DNA from: Planctomycetota bacterium
Lineage (GTDB): Bacteria > Planctomycetota > PLA2 > JAEUHO01
Length of the DNA: 64,000 bases
NCBI GenBank assembly: GCA_965223505.1
Contig: CBDCWP010000030.1
Span: 96,001-160,000, forward strand
Direction of reading: 5' to 3'
Below, piece by piece: positions 55,641-64,000 of the stretch. The position numbers and the translations under genes are program-made. A model generated the notes under the pieces. That model worked only from the letters and a program-made list of their open reading frames with translations, was not told the DNA's origin and made no database searches. Numbering within the stretch: the first letter of the stretch is position 1; each line of letters starts with the position of its first letter.

Positions 55641-57188
55641 ATGCGAATCGGCGCCCTCGCCATCTTTTGCGGTGCGATCACACTCGGGCTCGCGCTGCAG
55701 TCGTGCGGGGACTCGGAGCCCGAAGGGCTGACCGACACCGCGCAGACGGCGCGCGAGGCAGCAAGCCGCTTTCCGGCGACGACGGGCAGCCGCATCCCCG
55801 CCGCGTTCGCGACCCAGCCGGGCACCCCTTGGGGCGACTACGTCGGGAGCGACGCGTGCAAGCAGTGTCACGAGGACGAGTATGCCAAGTGGCGCAGGTC
55901 GTTCCACAGCCGCACGCTCTTCGACGCGCTGCCGGAAACGGTCTTCGGCGCCTTCGACGGCAAGCAGCTCAAGGCCGGCAAGGGCGACAAGAAGTTCTTT
56001 TCCATCCGGCCGTACACGGAGACGGACGAACGCGGTCGTACACGCTTCTTCATGGAGATCCGCTGGCTCACGAAGTCGGAGGGCGGCGCCGGCAACATGT
56101 GGTTCGCGGAGACCTACGGGGCGCAGGAGCTGCCGGATCTCGCGCCTCGGCGGTTCGAGGTCGTCTACGCGTTCGGCAATCGCAATCACCAGCCGTACGT
56201 CGGTCGCTGGCCCGACGGCAAGCACTGGGTGATGCCGGTCATCTGGAACGACCTCGAGAAGGAGTGGAGCTTCGACGCGTTTCGGCCGTACGTGCGCGCT
56301 TGCGCGAATTGTCATACGACGGGCATCAAGAACTCGGAGACGCCCTACTACGAAGGACAGCCGCCGATCCCCCAGACCGAGCCGGCGCACTACAACCTGT
56401 CGCCGTCCGAAGAGGGCTGGGCCGAGGGCGCCGTCGGGTGCGAGAACTGTCACGGCCCCGGACGCAAGCACGTCGAGGCCGTGGAGCGCGAGGGCGTCGA
56501 GCGCTATCGGAAGCTGCGCGAGACCGACGCGAAGGGGCCGACGATCTGGGACGGTCTGACCGCGCGCAGTCCCGCGCACGTCGCGGACGCCTGCGGCCGG
56601 TGCCACAACTTCCACACCGAGAGCTCGTGCACGTGGCAGCCGACGCCCGACGGCTACGAACGCGATCCGAAGCGATGGCCGATGCACGAGCGGGCGGGGA
56701 ATCGCCACCCGTTGCTCTTCTACCGCGACGGGACGGTGCGAAGCCCCTGCGTCGTGGTGGAGGTGTTCCGACGCACGAAGATGCACGCCGAAGGCGTGAC
56801 GTGCTTCGACTGTCACGACCCGCACGGATCGAAACACTGGCCGAGCCTCACGATGCCGTCGCGCAACAACGAGCTGTGCGTCTCGTGCCACGAGGCGTTC
56901 GCGTCCATCGACGCGCAGACGGCGCATTCGCGCCACGCCGCCGGATCCTCGGGTAATCGCTGCGTCGACTGCCACATGCCTCGGATCCTCTCGTTCGCGG
57001 ACGGCGTGCACACGATGACGCGCGAGATTCCCGAACATTCGTTCTCGATTCCCACGGCCGACCGCAGACCCGGCGGACCGCCGTCCGCGTGCAACGTGTG
57101 CCACCACGATCGCGATCAAGCGTGGACGCGCCGGATGCTCCAAGAAATGTGGCCGCCCGACGAGACGGGGGACAACGAGGAGAAATAG
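55641..57188 (+). CDS. Octahaem cytochrome c lipoprotein (c554/c552-like)
   Basis: Lipobox LQSC. YVGSDACKQCH, then CANCH, CENCH, CGRCH, CFDCH, CVSCH, CVDCH and CNVCH. Confidence 0.88.
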   Translation: MRIGALAIFCGAITLGLALQSCGDSEPEGLTDTAQTAREAASRFPATTGSRIPAAFATQPGTPWGDYVGSDACKQCHEDEYAKWRRSFHSRTLFDALPETVFGAFDGKQLKAGKGDKKFFSIRPYTETDERGRTRFFMEIRWLTKSEGGAGNMWFAETYGAQELPDLAPRRFEVVYAFGNRNHQPYVGRWPDGKHWVMPVIWNDLEKEWSFDAFRPYVRACANCHTTGIKNSETPYYEGQPPIPQTEPAHYNLSPSEEGWAEGAVGCENCHGPGRKHVEAVEREGVERYRKLRETDAKGPTIWDGLTARSPAHVADACGRCHNFHTESSCTWQPTPDGYERDPKRWPMHERAGNRHPLLFYRDGTVRSPCVVVEVFRRTKMHAEGVTCFDCHDPHGSKHWPSLTMPSRNNELCVSCHEAFASIDAQTAHSRHAAGSSGNRCVDCHMPRILSFADGVHTMTREIPEHSFSIPTADRRPGGPPSACNVCHHDRDQAWTRRMLQEMWPPDETGDNEEK

Positions 57189-57243
57189 ACCCGCTCGCCG
57201 GATCGTGATGCCGCGGTGACGGGGCACCCAGACCATCCCGCGC

Positions 57244-58038
57244 GTGCGGTGGAGACTCCCGGTTGCGCTGGCGGTCCTGGTGCTGTGCGCGGGCTGCGCG
57301 AACCGGCAGCCCAAGTTCGGCGAAGAGGCGACGCTCTTCCCCAAGCCCTATCGGCTCGAGCGCGCGCTGAAGAGCGCGGCCTGCGACCCGCACGTCTGGG
57401 CGCCGACGGCCGGCGCGCTCGTCTTCGGACTCACCGGGTGGGACGACGACGTGTCCGACTGGGCCGTGCGCGAGACGCCGATCTTCGGCTCGCCGAAGGA
57501 CGCGCAGTCGATCGGCGGGGACATTCTCGACGTGACGACGTACGCCGTGCCCGTCACGGCCGTCGCGGCGAACAGCGGCACGCGACCCGGCGAGGTCGCG
57601 TGGAACAAGACGAAGGCGCTCGCGTTCCAGGCCGCCGCGTGGCAGATCAACAAGGAGATCTCCGACGAGCTGAAGACCCGTGTGAAGCGCGAGCGCCCGA
57701 GCCGCGCGAATCGCCGCAGCTTCCCCTCCGACCGCGCGTCGCGCACGTCCGTCGCGGCGGCGATGTCGCGCCGCAACCTCGACTTCGTGCGCATGGACCC
57801 GCGCTGGCGGCCCTGGGCCAAGGGCACGCTGACCGCGGCGGAGCTCGCGGTGGCCTGGTCGCGCATCGAGGCGGGCGCGCACTATCCGTCCGACGTCCTG
57901 GCCGGCATGGCCATCGGCAACTTCATCGGCGTGTTCGTCACGGACGCATTCGTGGGCCGGCCCGGCGACGCCTTCGTGCACGTCGGTCCGACGCAGGACG
58001 GTGACGGGATCCAGGCGGGCGTCAGCTTCGACCACTAG
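57244..58038 (+). CDS. PAP2-superfamily phosphatase-like lipoprotein
   Basis: K..VKRERP, SFPSD (usually SFPSGH) and SRIEAGAHYPSDVLAG motifs. Lipobox CAGC. Confidence 0.8.
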   Translation: MRWRLPVALAVLVLCAGCANRQPKFGEEATLFPKPYRLERALKSAACDPHVWAPTAGALVFGLTGWDDDVSDWAVRETPIFGSPKDAQSIGGDILDVTTYAVPVTAVAANSGTRPGEVAWNKTKALAFQAAAWQINKEISDELKTRVKRERPSRANRRSFPSDRASRTSVAAAMSRRNLDFVRMDPRWRPWAKGTLTAAELAVAWSRIEAGAHYPSDVLAGMAIGNFIGVFVTDAFVGRPGDAFVHVGPTQDGDGIQAGVSFDH

Positions 58039-58170
58039 GCAGACTGCTGCTGCTGCGCCCGTTGCGAGCGAGCTCCGAGCTCGGACCGCGCGCAGCACGC
58101 CTGGCATCAGCGAACAACAGCCTTCGGGCTCGGCGTCAATGCACGGGGCAAACGGCCCGATCCAGGGGGC

Positions 58171-60558
58171 ATGGCCCGTACCACCACTGCCGCTTCAGCC
58201 ACACGCACAACGCCCGAACGCGTCCAGGAGCCGATGGGACTCGAGCTCATCGGGGTGGCCATGTGCCTCGGCGGCGTGCTCGTCTCGGCCGCGATGCTCA
58301 CCCTCGGTCCGGAGGGCAGCGGGGGGAGCCTTCGCAACGTGATCGGGCCTTGGGGTCGCGGGACCGCCGACGCGCTGGCACGCGGCTTCGGACTCGGCGC
58401 GTGGATGCTGCCGATCTTCGCGGTGCTGTGGGGCGCGCGCTGCGTACGCGGCGACCAGCCGCGCAACTTCGCCCGGCGGCTGATCCTGCTGCCGGTGCTC
58501 ATGGCGCTCGTCGCGACGGCCGCGGCCTTGTTCATGCGTTCGTGCCCGTTGCCGGGTCTGGAGCGCAGCGGACCCGGCGGCTATCTCGGCGTCGCGGCCG
58601 GGCACCTCATGTACCGGGCGCTCGGCGCCGGCTCCGGTCTCGTGGCGCTCTTCGGCATCTTCGCGGTGCTGCGCCTGATCACCGACGTGAACCTCGCCCC
58701 GCTCGGGGCGCGAATCCGCGAGGCGTTCGGCCTGCGTCCGTCGACGAAGCCCCGCGAGGCGGACGTCGAGTCCGACGACGACCAGGAGTGGGAGTACGAG
58801 GACGAAGACGAGTACGGGGACGCCGACTACGAGGAGGAGTACGAGTACGAAGAGGACGAGGGCGACGAGGAGTACGAATACGAGTACGAGGACGAAGCGG
58901 AGTACGAAGAGGAGGACGAAGCGCCGGCACCCAAGACGAAGCCGGCCAAGCGTCGCAAGCGCGCCGCGCCGTTGGTCACGCCGGCTGCGCGTAAGAAGAA
59001 GAAGTCACGTCCCAAGGACCGCGGCGAGTACGTCGTCCCGTCGATCGAGCTGCTGGCCGAAGGCAGCGCGGCCGACCCGGAGGCGATTCGCGAAGAGGTC
59101 GAAGCCAACGTGCAGATCCTCGAGGAGACGTTGGCGTCGTTCGGCGTCGAAGCGCGCGTGGTGTCCAGCGTACGTGGGCCGGTCATCACGTTCTGCGAGA
59201 TCAAGGTGCCTTCGGGCATTCGATTGTCGCGCGTCACGGCCTTGGCGGACGACCTCGCCATCGCGCTCAAGGCGCCGAGCGTGCGCATCGTCGCCCCCAT
59301 CCCGGGGCGTAGCACGGTCGGCATCGAGGTGCCGAACCTGCAGCGCGACACGGTGTGCATTCGCGACCTGCTCGAGCAGAGCGGCAATGCCCTCGAGCGC
59401 AAGGCGATTCCGATCCTGTTGGGCACCGACACGTCGGGACGGCCGATCATCGAGGACCTGGCCTCCATGCCGCACCTGATGATCGCGGGCGCGACGGGCT
59501 CGGGTAAGAGCGTCTGTATCAACAGCATTCTGCTGTCGATCCTGTTCACGCGTTCGCCTGACGAGGTGAACCTGATCCTGATCGACCCGAAGCAGGTCGA
59601 GCTCTCCTTCTTCGAGGGCATCCCCCACCTGATCACGCCGGTCGTGACCGACATGAAGCGCGCCTCGAAGATTCTCGAGTGGGCGGTGGAACGGATGGAG
59701 GAGCGCTACAGCTGGCTCCTGGCCTGCGGGGTGCGCAACATCGCCGGCTACAACAAGCTCCCGAAGGAGAAGCGGGCGGAGATTCGCGAGAAGCGGGCCC
59801 TGTCGGAAGACGACCTTCCGGACCACATGCCGTACTTGACGATCATCGTGGACGAGCTGGCCGACCTGATGCTGACGAACGGCAAGGACGTCGAGCTGGC
59901 GATCACGCGTCTGGCCCAGAAGAGCCGCGCAGTCGGCATTCACATCGTGTTGGCGACGCAGCGCCCGAGCACGAACGTGATCACGGGTCTGATCAAGGCG
60001 AACATGCCGACGCGCATCGCGTTCGTCGTGTCGAGCAAGATCGACAGCCGCGTGATCCTGGACGCGAACGGCGCAGACAAGCTGCTGGGCATGGGCGACA
60101 TGCTGTACATGCACCCGCGCAGCCTGCACCTGCGGCGCGCGCAGGGGACGTTGGTGACGGACGACGAGGCGCGGTCGACGGTGGACTTCCTGAAGGGGCA
60201 GTATCCGGACGTCGAGTACGAGGACTTGCTGAAGAAGGACGCGGGCCAGCTGAACGATCCGATGGCGGAGGACGATCTGTACAACGACGCGGTGCGCGCG
60301 GTGCTCAGCTCGGGATTGGGCAGCGCGAGCATGTTGCAGCGTCGGATGGGGATCGGCTACACGCGTGCGTCACGGCTGATCGACATGATGTGCGACCGCG
60401 AGATCGTGGGTCCGCACGTGGGCAGCAAGGCGCGCGAGGTATTGGTGGATCTGGACGAGTGGGAAGCCATCCAGGCCGAGATGCAGGGCAAGGGACTGAA
60501 GGCCTCGCAGATGTACGACGAAGATGATCCGCCCTGTGTAGACGAGAGTTGGGACTAG
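58171..60558 (+). CDS. ftsK: DNA translocase FtsK
   Basis: 4TM N-domain, RIVAPIPG, PHLMIAGATGSGKS, IDPK, IVDELADLM, ATQRPS and gamma domain SASMLQRRMGIGYTRASRLID. Confidence 0.96.
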   Translation: MARTTTAASATRTTPERVQEPMGLELIGVAMCLGGVLVSAAMLTLGPEGSGGSLRNVIGPWGRGTADALARGFGLGAWMLPIFAVLWGARCVRGDQPRNFARRLILLPVLMALVATAAALFMRSCPLPGLERSGPGGYLGVAAGHLMYRALGAGSGLVALFGIFAVLRLITDVNLAPLGARIREAFGLRPSTKPREADVESDDDQEWEYEDEDEYGDADYEEEYEYEEDEGDEEYEYEYEDEAEYEEEDEAPAPKTKPAKRRKRAAPLVTPAARKKKKSRPKDRGEYVVPSIELLAEGSAADPEAIREEVEANVQILEETLASFGVEARVVSSVRGPVITFCEIKVPSGIRLSRVTALADDLAIALKAPSVRIVAPIPGRSTVGIEVPNLQRDTVCIRDLLEQSGNALERKAIPILLGTDTSGRPIIEDLASMPHLMIAGATGSGKSVCINSILLSILFTRSPDEVNLILIDPKQVELSFFEGIPHLITPVVTDMKRASKILEWAVERMEERYSWLLACGVRNIAGYNKLPKEKRAEIREKRALSEDDLPDHMPYLTIIVDELADLMLTNGKDVELAITRLAQKSRAVGIHIVLATQRPSTNVITGLIKANMPTRIAFVVSSKIDSRVILDANGADKLLGMGDMLYMHPRSLHLRRAQGTLVTDDEARSTVDFLKGQYPDVEYEDLLKKDAGQLNDPMAEDDLYNDAVRAVLSSGLGSASMLQRRMGIGYTRASRLIDMMCDREIVGPHVGSKAREVLVDLDEWEAIQAEMQGKGLKASQMYDEDDPPCVDESWD

Positions 60559-60785
60559 CGGTGCGGCGCAGTGTGGCGCGCTGCGGTGTCGGCGTCGTTG
60601 CGTAGCAGACTCCGCGGCCTCCCAGCCTCCTTGCATCGCATCCACCCTGCGCAGCCCCGTTCGGGAAGAGAGAGGGCCGGCAAGGGTGCCCCGGCCCCCA
60701 CCTGCGGCCGCAGCCGCACGAGGAGCGCTCACCCGCGGCTCCGCCCCTCAGCGTCGGGGTCCCCCACCCTTACGATCCCCCCCAC

Positions 60786-62621
60786 ATGAGCACGCGCCGC
60801 CTCATCCCGGGCTTCATCGCTCCCGGTCTGGTCCTGACGCTGATCGCCGTCCAGATCGCGTTCGGTGTGCGCGGCTTCGACAACCCCAAGGGCGGATTCG
60901 CCGCCGTACTCGAGCTCCCCGGCGTCATCGCAGGCTGGGGCGGCATTCTCTTCCTCTTCCCTGTGCTCGTCTGGCTCGTTCTCGACTGGTGGGGCTTCGC
61001 GCCCAGCAGCTTCGCCCTGCGCGCCCTCGGCGCCGGCGCCCTCGCACTCGCCGCCGGCTCGCTCTTCGCGCTCTTCGGCGGCGAAGCATTCGGCGGATCC
61101 GTCGGCGCCGGTCTCGCCGCGCTGCTCGAGGACACCGTCGGCTTCCCGATCGCGATCTGCGTGCTGGCCGCCATGGCGGTCCCCGGCCTCATCCTTGCCT
61201 TCGCCGGTTTCGGCGGGGCCGGCGGCGCGAAGCGTCCCGCTCCGAAGCCGGTGCTGCAACAGACGCCGGCACAGAGCGACGCCGTCGTGGAACGCAAGCC
61301 GCTCTTCGGGTTCATGCGGCCGAAGAAGAAGGTCTCCAACCTGGCCGACCTCGTGCGCGACGCCCCCAAGGCGAAACGCAAGCCGGGCGAGCCCTGGTAC
61401 CCGTCGCAGCAATTCAGCGAAGAAGGCGACGAGGTGCCGATGGACTTCGACGGCGCCCGCGACGTCGGCGGCATTCGCTTCGTGGACGATCCCGAACCGG
61501 AAGACGTAGTCGAAGAAGCGGCGCCGGACAGCGAGACCGCCCTCGAGGACGAAGCCGACGCGATCGAGCCCGAAGAGGAACCGGAAGGTCGTCTGCACGT
61601 CGACGGCAACGGAGCCGAGGTCGTCGTCGCGGAGGTCGTCGGCGCGCCCGCGGTGGAACCCGAAACCGTCGGCGACGCGCCGGCCCCTTTCGATCTCGAT
61701 CCGGTCGACGACGACGAGGAACCGGCGCCCGCGCCCAAGCGCAAGCCGGACGCTTCGTGGGACAAGCTCGAGGACGAAGCAGAGGACGAGCCGCTGCCGC
61801 CGGGCGTGCGCTACGCAGAGCCGGCGCCGGCCGCGCAAGCACCCGCCCCGGACACCTCGGACAACGGCGAGGGCGAGGAGTCGGTCGAGGCGCTCGACGA
61901 CGAGGACGAAGCCCTGCACGAGCTGATGCGCGGCACGCCGCCGGCGGCGCAGCCGCCCATCCACACGAGCCGCGAGGTGCGGGAATCGATGCGCAACACC
62001 CTCTTGCCCGAGCAGATGCAGGAGGCCAGCCGGCGCTACCTCAAGAAGCTCGAGTCGTCGGGCATCTTCGACTTCCTGGAAGAGGACGAGGAACCGGCGG
62101 CCAAGAAGCCGGCCGCGAAACGCAAGAAGGCCGCCAAGAAGCCGGCGGCAAAGAAGAAGAAAGCCGCGAAGAAGAAGGCGGCACGAAAGCCCGCGGCCAA
62201 GCGGAGCGCCAAGAAGAGCGCGAAGAAGAAGGCCGCCAAGAAGAGCGCCAGGCGCAAGACGGCGGCGCGCCGTACGACGGCGCCGAAGAAGGCCCCGGAC
62301 AAGGGCGCGCCGTCGAAACACCGCTTCCAGGCGACCGGCGAGAGCTCCGAGGAGATCGCCGCGTCGCTCGGGATCTCCGTGGACATGCACCGTCGTCTAT
62401 CGCGCGAGAGCGTCGAGCCGCTGTTCGCACAGGCGGTCGAGATCGCACTCGAGCGCGGTGCGGCTTCTCCCGTGCTACTCACGCGCCGCATGGGCATCGG
62501 CTTCACGGGCGCCAAGAAGCTCGTGCAGCGTCTGGTCGAGGCCGGCGTGCTGGGCGACATGAACGTGAACGGCTCGCACCCGACACGACTCACACGCGAG
62601 GTCTGGGAGCACGTTACGTAG
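60786..62621 (+). CDS. Motor-less FtsK paralogue: FtsK-like TM domain, acidic linker, histone H1-like Lys/Ala tract, FtsK gamma domain
   Basis: TM motif GGSVGAGL versus GGYLGVAA in ftsK. AAKK repeats. C-terminal LFAQAVEIALERGAASPVLLTRRMGIGF..A..L...L.EAGVLG. No Walker A/B. Confidence 0.8.
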   Translation: MSTRRLIPGFIAPGLVLTLIAVQIAFGVRGFDNPKGGFAAVLELPGVIAGWGGILFLFPVLVWLVLDWWGFAPSSFALRALGAGALALAAGSLFALFGGEAFGGSVGAGLAALLEDTVGFPIAICVLAAMAVPGLILAFAGFGGAGGAKRPAPKPVLQQTPAQSDAVVERKPLFGFMRPKKKVSNLADLVRDAPKAKRKPGEPWYPSQQFSEEGDEVPMDFDGARDVGGIRFVDDPEPEDVVEEAAPDSETALEDEADAIEPEEEPEGRLHVDGNGAEVVVAEVVGAPAVEPETVGDAPAPFDLDPVDDDEEPAPAPKRKPDASWDKLEDEAEDEPLPPGVRYAEPAPAAQAPAPDTSDNGEGEESVEALDDEDEALHELMRGTPPAAQPPIHTSREVRESMRNTLLPEQMQEASRRYLKKLESSGIFDFLEEDEEPAAKKPAAKRKKAAKKPAAKKKKAAKKKAARKPAAKRSAKKSAKKKAAKKSARRKTAARRTTAPKKAPDKGAPSKHRFQATGESSEEIAASLGISVDMHRRLSRESVEPLFAQAVEIALERGAASPVLLTRRMGIGFTGAKKLVQRLVEAGVLGDMNVNGSHPTRLTREVWEHVT

Positions 62622-62633
62622 CGCTCATCCCCG

Positions 62634-63998
62634 CTAGGGCGGGTTGCCGGAGCTGTCGGGCGGCGGCGTAGCCGGCGGCTGCGCGGGCGGCGTAGGTGGT
62701 TGCGCCGGCGGTGCGGGCGAGGGTGGTTGCGCAGGCGGCGCGGCTGCCGGGGATTGACCGGGCGCGGCGGCGGCCGGGGGTTGCGCGGGTTGAGCCGGCG
62801 CAGCCGGCGGCGTGGGCTGCGGCGCGCGCGCGGCGAGCTGCGCTTCGACGGGCGCGATGATGTGTTGCTGCAACCCGGCGATCGCTTCCTCCGGCGCGTT
62901 GTACTGGAAGACCTCCAGCACCCACGGGTAGCGCTGCAGATGCTCGAACATCGCGTACTCGGAGTCGACGTTCGCCTGCAGGATCGGCTTGACCGGCACC
63001 GAGGGCAGCGCGGGGACGATCGCCATCAGCTCCTGCGGGATGCTGCGGGGTTCCGTCAGGTCCGCGATGATGAAGCGCGCCATGTGCGCGAGCGTCGAGA
63101 TGGTCTCCGTGAGGTCCCGCTGCGTCGGCTTGTCGAAGTCGAAGATGATCGGGAGGTAGTCGTGCTTGCGCAGCTCCACCCGGAGCGCGTCCAGCACCGA
63201 TTTTCGCGCCTCGGAGAAGCGGCCCAGGATCAGGACGACCTTCGAGGTGATGGTGTCGATGACGCCGCGAATGGCCTGGTTGTTGAGCAACAGGTAGATG
63301 AACTGGCCGATCTCGAGGTTGTCGACGTTGATCGTCGGCTGATCCTCGGGGGTGACGATCATGTTCGCCTGTTGGGTCCCGGTGAGGTTCACGTCCCAGA
63401 CGGAGGCGCCGTACACCCGCGCCCCGGAAAGGACGGCGTTCTCGAAGTTCACGCGCGCTGCGCGCATGTACTGCAGGTCCGTCCGCGACAGATCCGTACC
63501 GACGAACAGCGTGTCCTTGAGCACGCACGCCTCGAGCTCCGCGCCGGAGAGCTTGGCGCCTGAGAGATCGGCCGAGTCGAAGTAGCAGCGCTCGAGGATG
63601 GCGCCCTCGAGATTGGCGTTCACCAGCGTCGCTTCCGTGAAGTCCGACTGGCTGAGATCCGCGCCGGCCAGATTCGCGCCGTCCAGCTTGGCACGCTCGA
63701 ACTTCACCGCGTTGAGCTGCGCGCCGCGCATCACCGCTTGCGTGAGGTCCGCATCGATCAGCACCGCCTCACGCAGTACGGCCTGGGTCAGCAACGCCTC
63801 GCGCATGTCCGCGCCTTCGAGGACGGCCTCCACGAGCATTCCGCCTTCGAGATCGACCTTGGCGAGCTGCGCGTTGGTGAGATCCGCTCGATACAGGCTG
63901 GCGCCGTCCAGGTCGACGCCGGCGAGATCGGCGCCGCTCAGGCTGGCGTGACCGAGGTTGGCGTCGACCAGCGACGCGCCCGTGAAGTCGGCATCGCT
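62634..63998 (-). CDS. Pentapeptide-repeat protein with C-terminal alpha/beta (TIR/NDT-like) domain and Pro/Ala tail (5' truncated)
   Basis: A(D/N)Lxx repeats, with the frame open to the window end. C-domain VLILGRF...FIIADLT.PRSIPQEL. Confidence 0.85.
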   Translation of the reverse strand, partial: SDADFTGASLVDANLGHASLSGADLAGVDLDGASLYRADLTNAQLAKVDLEGGMLVEAVLEGADMREALLTQAVLREAVLIDADLTQAVMRGAQLNAVKFERAKLDGANLAGADLSQSDFTEATLVNANLEGAILERCYFDSADLSGAKLSGAELEACVLKDTLFVGTDLSRTDLQYMRAARVNFENAVLSGARVYGASVWDVNLTGTQQANMIVTPEDQPTINVDNLEIGQFIYLLLNNQAIRGVIDTITSKVVLILGRFSEARKSVLDALRVELRKHDYLPIIFDFDKPTQRDLTETISTLAHMARFIIADLTEPRSIPQELMAIVPALPSVPVKPILQANVDSEYAMFEHLQRYPWVLEVFQYNAPEEAIAGLQQHIIAPVEAQLAARAPQPTPPAAPAQPAQPPAAAAPGQSPAAAPPAQPPSPAPPAQPPTPPAQPPATPPPDSSGNPP

Positions 63999-64000
63999 GA

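Noticed and set aside
52640..55825. 1061-aa minus-strand ORF
   Set aside because: Antisense to the well-supported secG-yicC-gmk-rpoZ-coaC genes.
60686..62671. 661-aa Arg-rich alternative frame
   Set aside because: Off-frame overlap of the FtsK paralogue. It does not contain the missing motor, so there is no frameshifted ATPase.

Overview
High-GC bacterial chromosomal segment, most consistent with a Planctomycetota genome. This is inferred from the ECF sigma/Ser-Thr kinase pair, CRTAC1/ASPIC-UnbV protein, the tpiA-secG-yicC-gmk-rpoZ-coaC order and planctomycete-style secreted proteins. I saw no rRNA, tRNA, CRISPR array or transposase. Left part (1-29.6 kb) is accessory and signalling: OmpR regulator, SCO-CRTAC1 fusion with a degenerate CuA-like partner, TPR and low-complexity secreted proteins, a GT9, a kinase-FHA operon, a eukaryote-like SET (LSMT/SETD6-class) methyltransferase divergent from a Tat-signal (Gly-Lys)20 peptide, an ECF-kinase-ATPase-TPR module, cstA and an HNH gene. 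Middle (29.7-50.5 kb): a sigma54 activator, an HTH-ParA, waaF and a ~16 kb co-oriented respiratory cluster (Rieske, cytochrome b6-type, subunit IV, stalked octaheme cytochrome c, two blue-copper-like proteins, cbb3 ccoN, triheme CcoO fusion, assembly genes). Right part: aroF, the tpiA-coaC housekeeping run, a second octaheme cytochrome, PAP2, ftsK, a motor-less FtsK paralogue with a histone H1-like tract, and a pentapeptide-repeat protein. Best candidates for undescribed biology are the SET + poly-GK pair, the motor-less FtsK/H1-like protein, and the respiratory cluster architecture. All calls come from motif recognition by eye; no database searches were run.
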